Assembly: GCA_964601215.1 (NCBI GenBank)
Contig: CAZRMN010000002.1
Span: 2,314 to 57,081 of the forward strand
Source: an uncultured archaeon
Lineage (GTDB): Archaea; Aenigmatarchaeota; Aenigmatarchaeia; CG10238-14; SCSR01
Direction of reading: 5' to 3'
Length of the DNA: 54,768 nucleotides
The notes beneath the pieces are model-generated. The model did not search any database and was not told the DNA's origin. It was given only the letters and a program-made list of their open reading frames with translations. Below, one piece after another: positions 9,045 to 16,403 of the stretch (positions within the stretch are counted from its first letter, which is position 1; each line of letters starts with the position of its first letter). Both the position numbers and the translations under genes were made by a program.

Positions 9045-9953
9045 TCAACTCTTTAACTTAACTTTCATCCCATCATAAGCTACTTTAACATTTGGAAAAA
9101 CTTTTTTTGCCTCTTCCTCTAATTCCTTTGGATTTTTATACCTTCTACTTATATGCGTTAAGATTAACTGCTTAACATTAGCTTTTTTAGCAATTTTTGC
9201 TGCTTGTTTTACATCTGCATGTGCTTTTCCCTCTTGTTCTTCAAGAAAAGTTGCATCGTGTATCAACAAATCAGCGTTCATTGAAATTTTAACTACATTC
9301 TCACAAGGTTTGGTATCTCCAGAATAAACAATTTTAAGTCCTGGTTTTAAATTTGCAACTTCTTCAATCTTAACTTCCCTTCCTTTATAAGTAGCTTTTC
9401 CATGTTTTTTCAGTTTTTTTAGCCAGTATCCTCTTCTTAATCCAAGCTTTTTTAATTTTTTAGGGTCAATGCTCCACCTATCCTTTTCTTTAAAGCAATA
9501 AGCTACTGCCGGAACTGTATGGAAAACAGGAATAGAAAAAACTTGGTATTCTTCTGTTTCATCTATCAAAGAAATTTCATTTCCTTCAAAAGGTACATTT
9601 ATAGCTTTAACAGGAAACCTACAACCGAAATATCCTAAATCTAAAATGTCCGAAACAAATTTTTCTGCTTCAGGAGCAAAAATTTTTAATTCTCTTTGTC
9701 TTTTTTCTAAGTTCATCGTTTGAATTAAAGGGATTAAACCAGCAAAATGATCAGCATGCCAATGAGTAATAAAAATCTTATCGATTTTCATAAAACTTAT
9801 TTTTGATTTCATTAATCGTAATTGAGTCCCTTCACCACAATCAAAAAGCAGGATATCTTTTTTTTCTCCAGAATATTCTAGAACTATGGCTGGATGACCC
9901 CTTTCCTTGCTAGGAATTCCTGAAACTGTACCCAAAAAGGTTATTTCTATCAT
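9045..9953 (-). CDS. rnz: Ribonuclease Z
   Basis: FLGTVSGIP, DCGEGTQ, THWHADH, YSGDT, LIHDATF, LTHISRRY. Confidence 0.96.
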   Translation of the reverse strand: MIEITFLGTVSGIPSKERGHPAIVLEYSGEKKDILLFDCGEGTQLRLMKSKISFMKIDKIFITHWHADHFAGLIPLIQTMNLEKRQRELKIFAPEAEKFVSDILDLGYFGCRFPVKAINVPFEGNEISLIDETEEYQVFSIPVFHTVPAVAYCFKEKDRWSIDPKKLKKLGLRRGYWLKKLKKHGKATYKGREVKIEEVANLKPGLKIVYSGDTKPCENVVKISMNADLLIHDATFLEEQEGKAHADVKQAAKIAKKANVKQLILTHISRRYKNPKELEEEAKKVFPNVKVAYDGMKVKLKS

Positions 9954-9998
9954 TAAATTTTAATTAAAATTAAAAACTATTAAAAGAAAGGTTTTTAA

Positions 9999-10280
9999 AT
10001 GTTTTTACCAATTTTTCTTCTTATGTCTTATGTGGATAAAATAAAAAGAATAAGAAAAGAACAGGAAAAAACTAGAAAATTGAATAGATCTGTTTATCTT
10101 CCTGAAAGACTAATCACAAAAAAAGTTTATGAAAATAATAACTTTAGAGTTGATGTATTGTGTTCACGTTTTCCTGGAATTGGGTGGCAAATAAGTTTAA
10201 ACAGTCTCAGGAAGGCTTTAGAAAAAAATGGGTATAAAGGAAAGCTGAGTAAGAAAATTTTAAAATATCTTTCAGATTAA
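9999..10280 (+). CDS. Hypothetical basic protein (start may be ATG 10023)
   Basis: Fills the gap between rnz and cca; Lys-rich composition like neighbouring genes. Confidence 0.55.
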   Translation: MFLPIFLLMSYVDKIKRIRKEQEKTRKLNRSVYLPERLITKKVYENNNFRVDVLCSRFPGIGWQISLNSLRKALEKNGYKGKLSKKILKYLSD

Positions 10281-11702
10281 ACTTTCCTTTTCAAAGTATT
10301 TTCTCAAGAATACGCCAAAATTTCTATCCTTTTTAACTATATCCATAATTTTTTCGTTCTCACAAATTATTTCAAATCCTTTAATTATTTGCTCTGCAAT
10401 ATAACCAGGTATACCTTTTGCTTTTAAAACCTCTAAGTTTTTACTTAAACTATCATAAATCTTTTCTCTTGCTGTTAAGAACTTTCTTTCAACTTCAACA
10501 CACCAATAGTTATCTTCAATAAAAGGTCCAGTTAAAGCTTGCTTTTTGTATTTTTTCAGAAACATTTCCGAATTCTTCAAGTTGAAAACTTTTGGACCAA
10601 TCCTTTTTTGAACTCTAGGAAGTTTGGAAACTTCCATCTCGAATAAAACTATTGCTAAATCTTTTTCGTTCGTATAAACATCTTTTCTTAAAACCTTAAA
10701 CTCATACTTGACTTCTTCCAGAATGTTTTGCATTCTATCTGCAAATCTTCTAAGTTGAGGCCAAAGTATGTCCGGGACGACTTTTGGTGGAGAGAATTTT
10801 ATCAAAATCAGTTCTGTTCTTCTCTTCATTTGATACAATATTAGCTCATTCTCGCTAATTGGTTCAATTTTTTTCTCGAAGAATACTTCTTCTCTTGGAT
10901 TTTCAAGGAATTCTTTCGCTACTTTCTTGAACTTGAAAAAATTATAAGCTGAAATTGCAGCAGCTGTATTCCTTTTTTTATCTGTTGGGTCAATTAAAAT
11001 GAAAACTTGGTTCCTGAACATTTTTTTAAGCTTCGAATAGTCTTTTTTCTTGTAATACTTTTTGAGGTCAACAACTTCTCCAGGTTTCCATTTTATAGCA
11101 TTCTTTAAAACGTTCAAAAATTTCTTGTATTTAATTATTAATAACTCGCACACATAGCCAGAAAATCCCTGAGTTTTTGCATCCGCACCATATATTCCAT
11201 TTGCTACGCAAAACTGTTTTAGAAGCCTTACTTCGTCAGACATTTTTTTAGTCAAGTTTTTTTCAACAAATTTCACATGAAAAGGAGTTCTATCAACTGC
11301 AGACTTAATTTTTTCTGGGGTTTCTACTTTAAAACACGGCACTATATCAACCCCTACTCCTCCAACATCTCCTCTGACATAAGGATGTTGGGCATATTCA
11401 ATTCTATACTTACCCTTCAACTTTTCGATAACTTCCTTTCCTATTTCTAACCCATACTTTTCAAGCTTTTCTTCTGAAAGTTTTGGGGAGAATAAGACAA
11501 AAACATCAAATTCAAGCTTTCTCGGCAGCCATGTATCTCTAGTAATACTACCAGCAAGGATAGCTTCGGCCTTATACTTCCTAGCTTCTTTTTTAGTAAT
11601 TTCCAGGGTTTTTTTAGCCAGATTTTTAAGTTTTTTCTCAGTTTTTTTATCTGGTTTAATCCTTTTTAAAACTTTGATTAAAATTTTTTTATAATTAGCC
11701 AT
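10272..11702 (-). CDS. cca: Archaeal class I CCA-adding enzyme
   Basis: AGSITRDTWL..EFDVF, YAQHPYV, VDIVPCF, SAVDRTPFH, GFSGYVCELL. Confidence 0.96.
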   Translation of the reverse strand: MANYKKILIKVLKRIKPDKKTEKKLKNLAKKTLEITKKEARKYKAEAILAGSITRDTWLPRKLEFDVFVLFSPKLSEEKLEKYGLEIGKEVIEKLKGKYRIEYAQHPYVRGDVGGVGVDIVPCFKVETPEKIKSAVDRTPFHVKFVEKNLTKKMSDEVRLLKQFCVANGIYGADAKTQGFSGYVCELLIIKYKKFLNVLKNAIKWKPGEVVDLKKYYKKKDYSKLKKMFRNQVFILIDPTDKKRNTAAAISAYNFFKFKKVAKEFLENPREEVFFEKKIEPISENELILYQMKRRTELILIKFSPPKVVPDILWPQLRRFADRMQNILEEVKYEFKVLRKDVYTNEKDLAIVLFEMEVSKLPRVQKRIGPKVFNLKNSEMFLKKYKKQALTGPFIEDNYWCVEVERKFLTAREKIYDSLSKNLEVLKAKGIPGYIAEQIIKGFEIICENEKIMDIVKKDRNFGVFLRKYFEKESLI

Positions 11703-11723
11703 ATTCCATTTTAGTCTTTCTAA

Positions 11724-13289
11724 TCAAATAAATTTTGAAACATAAGGGCCTTCAAGTTTATAACCAAGTTTATAGTAATACTCTCTTACTCCAACTCCAC
11801 TAATTATTAAAATTTTATTCTTATCAAACTCTTCTTTAGAAATCCTTTCTGCTTCTTCTAACAGCTTCCTTCCAAATCCTTTATGTTGGAACGCTTCTTC
11901 TTTGAATTCACCTACTGGCACTAAAGGCCCATAAACATGGAGCTCCCTGATTAAAGCTGTTTTATGCGTTATTTCTTTTCTAAAAGGTTTGAAAGGAATT
12001 CTTAACCTTAAAAAGGCTATGAGAACATCATTTTTTATATCCTCAAAACTTAGGAATATTTCTCTTCCCCTAGAAGCATTATAATCAAGTCTACAAAGCT
12101 TTACATGCTTGAAATCTACTTTTACTCCTTTCATAGCTTTATGACCAACTTCCCTGTATCTTATTTCTTTTATCCTTATTCCCATTTTTTCTGCCCTTCT
12201 TTCCACGATTTCCCTCAGGTTTCCTTTTTTAACTCCTGCAACTATTTGATTTGCTGGTATATCCCTTTGAACTCTTATTATTCTGCAATATTTTGGTATG
12301 TATTCCATAGCTTTAGCTATAAGTTCAGCAGCTTTTTCTTCTGTCAAAGCTTTATACTCACCCCTTTTCCACATCTCATAGAGTTGTGTACCTTTTATCA
12401 CAAGCGTCGGATAAATTTTTAAAGAATCTGGTCTAAAATCTTCATTTTCAAACAAAATTTTAAATTGTTTCAAATCACTTTCAAAGTCAACGCCTGGCAA
12501 ACCAGGCATAATATGATAAGTGCATTTTAAGCATGAATCCTTCAAAAATTGCGTGGCTTTTTTAACCTCTTCTATAGTATGGATTCTATTTACTCTTTTT
12601 AACACTTCTGGATAAACTGATTGAACACCTATTTCTACTCTAGTAGTTCCTAGCTGAAGCATTTGATTTATGTGCTTTTGAAAGCAATAGTCTGGTCTTG
12701 TCTCTATTGTTAAGCCAGAACATCTTATTCTAGCTTTTTCGTTTAGTTTTAAAGCTTCTTCCAAGTTTTTTCCGTCTCTTCCGTTTAAAGCATCAAAAAG
12801 CCTTTTAACAAACCACTCTTGATACTCTTTTTCTAAAGCGTTAAAAGTTCCACCTATTATTATTAATTCAACCTTGTCAACTGGGTGACCCATTAGTTTG
12901 TACTGTCTAATTCTATCTTTTACTTGCAAAAATGGATCATAATTATTCCTTATCGCTCTTTGAACTGCAGGCTCTAAACCAGTGTAGCTTTGTGGTGCTT
13001 TTTCGCCTTTTGGACAATAAATGCATTTGCCAGGACATTTTGCAGGTTTTGCTACAACAGTAATTACTGTCACACCTGAAATTGTTCTAGTAGGTTTCAT
13101 CAAAAGAAACTCTTTGAGCTTTTCTTTTTCTTTTGAGCTGCAAGCTTGGAGAATCTGAACACTCGTTGGCATGCTTTTTAGCTTGTATTTCTTACAAATC
13201 CTTTTAACTATTCTCCAGACCTTTTTTCTAGTAAGTTTTTCTTTCTTCAACTCCTCAACAATTTCCCTGAGTATTTTTCTTTTTTCCAT
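11724..13289 (-). CDS. elp3: Elp3 tRNA uridine(34) acetyltransferase (radical SAM + GNAT)
   Basis: CPGKCIYCP, IGGTF, ETRPD, RELHVYG, QHKGFG..LL, GVGVREYY. Confidence 0.96.
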   Translation of the reverse strand: MEKRKILREIVEELKKEKLTRKKVWRIVKRICKKYKLKSMPTSVQILQACSSKEKEKLKEFLLMKPTRTISGVTVITVVAKPAKCPGKCIYCPKGEKAPQSYTGLEPAVQRAIRNNYDPFLQVKDRIRQYKLMGHPVDKVELIIIGGTFNALEKEYQEWFVKRLFDALNGRDGKNLEEALKLNEKARIRCSGLTIETRPDYCFQKHINQMLQLGTTRVEIGVQSVYPEVLKRVNRIHTIEEVKKATQFLKDSCLKCTYHIMPGLPGVDFESDLKQFKILFENEDFRPDSLKIYPTLVIKGTQLYEMWKRGEYKALTEEKAAELIAKAMEYIPKYCRIIRVQRDIPANQIVAGVKKGNLREIVERRAEKMGIRIKEIRYREVGHKAMKGVKVDFKHVKLCRLDYNASRGREIFLSFEDIKNDVLIAFLRLRIPFKPFRKEITHKTALIRELHVYGPLVPVGEFKEEAFQHKGFGRKLLEEAERISKEEFDKNKILIISGVGVREYYYKLGYKLEGPYVSKFI

Positions 13290-13386
13290 AATTTTCTATT
13301 AGAGTTGTTAAATAAATTATTAGGTCAATAATTACTATTCTTCAGTAGCGAAATCTTTAAATAGTGTCACTGAATAATAGTAACAT

Positions 13387-13542
13387 ATGAACCAGAAAAA
13401 CCTAGAAAACATAAGGTTCATAGAAGAACAACTTTTCCAAGCAAAGCAGGCTTTGTTCAATGCAAAAACAGTAAGAGAGGTAAAGTTTTTACAACAAAAG
13501 ATTGAATATCTTAGAAAAAGAGCAAAAGAGCTTAGGGGTTAA
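13387..13542 (+). CDS. Small orphan helical protein, 51 aa
   Basis: Manual translation MNQKNLENIRFIEEQLFQAKQALFNAKTVREVKFLQQKIEYLRKRAKELRG; occupies otherwise empty intergenic space. Confidence 0.6.
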   Translation: MNQKNLENIRFIEEQLFQAKQALFNAKTVREVKFLQQKIEYLRKRAKELRG

Positions 13543-13571
13543 AGAGTTTTTTGTTTTATATTTAAAAGAAT

Positions 13572-13590
13572 AAAAAAGCTTATATATTTC
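13572..13590 (+). promoter_or_regulatory. BRE-TATA promoter upstream of the asparagine synthetase leader
   Basis: AAAAAAGC-TTATATATTT about 25 nt before the first leader hairpin. Confidence 0.55.
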
Positions 13591-13608
13591 TGTAGACTAA
13601 AATGAGTG

Positions 13609-13714
13609 TGGGTCTTGTTCGAACCACCCATAAAACCAAAAACTAATTCTCCAAAGAGTTTCTTACCTAAAATCACTTTAGACCCCTCCCCTTCGAAAAA
13701 AAGGAGGGATTGAA
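13609..13714 (+). promoter_or_regulatory. Structured 5' leader with anti-SD hairpin
   Basis: TGGGT(13609-13)/ACCCA(13626-30); CCCTCC(13684-89)/GGAGGG(13703-08) covering the SD; alternative GGGTCT(13610-15)/AGACCC(13680-85). Confidence 0.55.
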
Positions 13715-14707
13715 ATGGAAATTTTAAAACAAACTAAAGAAAGGTATAAGATTTTAAACACTCCAGAAATACAAGCTTTAGCAAAAATAGAATCCTCCTT
13801 GCTAAAGGGTGCAAGAAAATATTGCGAAGAAAACGGATTTGTGGAAATAATTGCGCCACATTTAACAAAAGCTACTGGTGCATGCGAAAACATTGCAACT
13901 ATGTTTGAGCTAAATTATTTTGGACAGAAAGCATACCTTAGCCAAACAGGACAGCTATACTTAGAAATAATGACACCTTTTTTGAAAAAAGTTTGGTGTT
14001 TAATTCATAGTTGTAGAGCAGAACCAGAAGTTGATAACAGACATCTGACAGAATTCCCTTTAATAGAAATAGAATTCGAAGGAAATTTAAAAGAACTAAT
14101 GCATCACATCGAAGGAATTATTCATTCTATGGTGAGTAAAGTTAAAAAAAGGGAGGAAGAACTTGAAGTTTTTGGGATTGACAAACAATACTTAAAAAAA
14201 TTTGAACCACCTTACAAAAGGATTACCTATACACAAGCAATAGAAATATTAAAGGACGAGTTTCAGATAGAGTGGGGAGATGATATTAAAAGTAAGCATG
14301 AAAAATACCTTTCAAAGTTTTTGGGTATGAAACCATTCTTTTTGACACACTGGCCAAAAGCAATAAAATTTTTTAACATGAGGGAAAACGATGACAACCC
14401 AGATATAGTAAATAGTTGTGACCTAATCCTGCCGTTTAGTGGAGAAGCAGTTGGGGGAGCAGAAAGAGAATACAAATATGAAAAACTGAAAAGAAGACTT
14501 GAAGAATCGCTAATGTTAAAAATGCTGGTTGAAAGAGGTGGAAGTATAAAAGATTTTGAATGGTATCTCGACTTCCACAAGAACAATAGCATAAACTTAC
14601 ATTCAGGTTGTGGTATTGGTTTCAACAGAGTAACTCAATCGATTCTAAAACTAGATGATATAAGAGCGTCAACAGTTTTTCCTTTAAACAAAGAAATGAT
14701 AATGTAA
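13715..14707 (+). CDS. Archaeal asparagine synthetase / AsnRS2-like (class IIb aaRS catalytic core without anticodon-binding domain)
   Basis: YLSQTGQLYLE, RAEPEVDNRHLTEF (motif 2), EAVGGAERE, HSGCGIGFNR (motif 3); 330 aa with no N-terminal OB fold. Confidence 0.8.
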   Translation: MEILKQTKERYKILNTPEIQALAKIESSLLKGARKYCEENGFVEIIAPHLTKATGACENIATMFELNYFGQKAYLSQTGQLYLEIMTPFLKKVWCLIHSCRAEPEVDNRHLTEFPLIEIEFEGNLKELMHHIEGIIHSMVSKVKKREEELEVFGIDKQYLKKFEPPYKRITYTQAIEILKDEFQIEWGDDIKSKHEKYLSKFLGMKPFFLTHWPKAIKFFNMRENDDNPDIVNSCDLILPFSGEAVGGAEREYKYEKLKRRLEESLMLKMLVERGGSIKDFEWYLDFHKNNSINLHSGCGIGFNRVTQSILKLDDIRASTVFPLNKEMIM

Positions 14708-14747
14708 AAGATAAATAGTTTAGAAACTAATTTAAAGGTGGGTCTCG

Positions 14748-15692
14748 ATTACACAGGAAACTTCTTCTTTCAAGGGTAGAGATATAATCAGTTCAAGAGA
14801 TTTTTCACGTGAAGATCTTGAACTAATCTTTTCTGTTACAGACGAGGTTATAGCAAAACCAAAAAAATTTGAAAAAAAGCTGGAGGACAAGATAATTTCT
14901 CTACTCTTTTTTGAACCGTCTACAAGAACTAGGGATAGTTTCCAAACAGCAATTTTCAGGATGGGGGGTAAAACTTTAGGCTTTCCTGAGCCAGGCATTT
15001 CTTCTGTTAAAAAAGGTGAAAGCCTTAGGGATACTATAAGCATGTACGATAGTTATAGCGATTTGATAATTATGAGACATAAATGGGCTGGAGCAGCGAA
15101 GTTGGCAAGCGAAGTTGCAAAAAAACCAGTAATAAATGCTGGAGATGGGAACAGGGAACATCCAACTCAAGCAATGTTAGACTTGTATACTATTAGAAAA
15201 GTTATTGGCAGGTTGGATTCACTTAAGGTTGGTATACTTGGAGATTTAAAATATGGTAGAACAGGATCTTCTCTTAGTTATGGTTTGTCAAATTTTAAAG
15301 ATGTGGAGCTATTTTTTATATCCCCTCCAATCTTACAAATGAGGCCAGAGGTAAAACTTTTCTTAACCCTTAAAGGTATAAAATTCCATGAGACTACCAA
15401 TCCTTATGATGTTATTAAATATTTGGATGTGCTTTATGTGACAAGAATTCAAAAAGAAAGGTTTTCCGACCCTTCTGAATATGAAAAAGTAAGGGGAGCT
15501 TATATAGTAGATGAAAAATTAATCAATGAAGGAAAACCAGAGCTTAAGGTTATGCACCCATTACCAAGAATAGATGAAATTCCTTATGAAGTTGATAAGC
15601 TTCCGCAAGCAACTTATATTGGACAAGCTGAAAACGGGCCTTACGTGAGACAAGCACTTATAGCTCTTGTCATGGGTGTTTATGATGAATGA
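14748..15692 (+). CDS. pyrB: Aspartate carbamoyltransferase catalytic subunit; start probably non-canonical ATT at 14748
   Basis: FKGRDIIS, FFEPSTRTR, HPTQAMLD, VTRIQKER, MHPLPR; frame open back to TAA 14733-35, so the track start at 14961 truncates conserved sequence. Confidence 0.93.
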   Translation: MTQETSSFKGRDIISSRDFSREDLELIFSVTDEVIAKPKKFEKKLEDKIISLLFFEPSTRTRDSFQTAIFRMGGKTLGFPEPGISSVKKGESLRDTISMYDSYSDLIIMRHKWAGAAKLASEVAKKPVINAGDGNREHPTQAMLDLYTIRKVIGRLDSLKVGILGDLKYGRTGSSLSYGLSNFKDVELFFISPPILQMRPEVKLFLTLKGIKFHETTNPYDVIKYLDVLYVTRIQKERFSDPSEYEKVRGAYIVDEKLINEGKPELKVMHPLPRIDEIPYEVDKLPQATYIGQAENGPYVRQALIALVMGVYDE

Positions 15693-16179
15693 TAAAAGAA
15701 AGGAGCTAATAGTAAAGAAAATTGAAAATGGAACAGTAATAGACCATATACCAAAGGGTAAGGGTATAGTGGTTATGAGAATTTTAAGAGTAGATTGCAA
15801 CACAGAATGCTATCTTTTGCAAAATGTTGAGAGTAAAAAATTGGGCAGGAAAGATATAGTCAAAATAGTTGGAAGATATCCAAGCAAAGAAGAGGTAGAT
15901 GATATTGCAATAGTTGCACCTACAGCCACCATAAATTATGTTAAAAATTGGGGAATTTTTGATAAGTATAGAGTTAAACTACCAGAAAAAATAGAAGGTT
16001 TAATTAAGTGTCCAAACAACTTATGCATAACTAATCATGAAAGAGGTATGAAAACTGTTTTTAAAGTTTATCAATTCAAGAATGAGCTACTAAAAAATTT
16101 GTATGGAGACGTTTTACTTCAATGTTCTTATTGTGATACTTTAGTAAAGCATGAAAATATAGAGGAACTTTTGATATAG
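15685..16179 (+). CDS. pyrI: Aspartate carbamoyltransferase regulatory subunit
   Basis: KIENGTVIDHI, KDIVKI, APTATIN, CPNNLCIT...CSYC zinc site. Confidence 0.95.
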   Translation: MNDKRKELIVKKIENGTVIDHIPKGKGIVVMRILRVDCNTECYLLQNVESKKLGRKDIVKIVGRYPSKEEVDDIAIVAPTATINYVKNWGIFDKYRVKLPEKIEGLIKCPNNLCITNHERGMKTVFKVYQFKNELLKNLYGDVLLQCSYCDTLVKHENIEELLI

Positions 16180-16265
16180 CCCCGCCCGGATTCGAACCGG
16201 GGTCGCGAGGTCCAGAGCCTCGCATGCTTGACCATTCTGCTCCTGAAGATCTACACCACGGGGCT
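16177..16265 (-). tRNA. tRNA-Gln(CTG) with a 16-nt D-loop insertion (putative intron 15/16)
   Basis: AGCCCCG/CGGGGCT acceptor stem, CGAGG-CTCTGGA-CCTCG, CCCGG-TTCGAAT-CCGGG; extra ATCTTCAGGAGCAGAA between G15 and T16. Confidence 0.92.
16235..16250 (-). other. Putative non-canonical tRNA intron at 15/16
   Basis: Removal restores an ordinary AG-TGGTCAA D-loop; length fits BHB geometry (1 + 9-nt hairpin + 4 + 2) with 3 of 4 central pairs. Confidence 0.75.
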
Positions 16266-16403
16266 ACATTTTAAATATATAAGAGGAATAATATTAAAAA
16301 GGTGTAAGGAATGAAGGGTGAATTACAAACATTCTAGCTTATCTATTTCTCTTTTAAACCAATTCTTAAGTTTAAAAATTAAAAGTATTTTAAGGGGATT
16401 AAA

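Noticed and set aside
9040-9050. Antisense regulation from tail-to-tail packing of rnz with tRNA-Arg (and of pyrI with tRNA-Gln)
   Set aside because: Zero-gap or overlapping convergent ends are common throughout this window (rps7/thiI, polB/CBS, mat/wHTH) and reflect genome compaction
13616-13625. GTTCGAACC in the asparagine synthetase leader as a tRNA fragment or att site
   Set aside because: No T-stem, acceptor stem or other tRNA context; treated only as part of the leader hairpin
13715-14707. Annotation as asparaginyl-tRNA synthetase
   Set aside because: No N-terminal OB-fold anticodon-binding domain; length fits the truncated asparagine synthetase paralog
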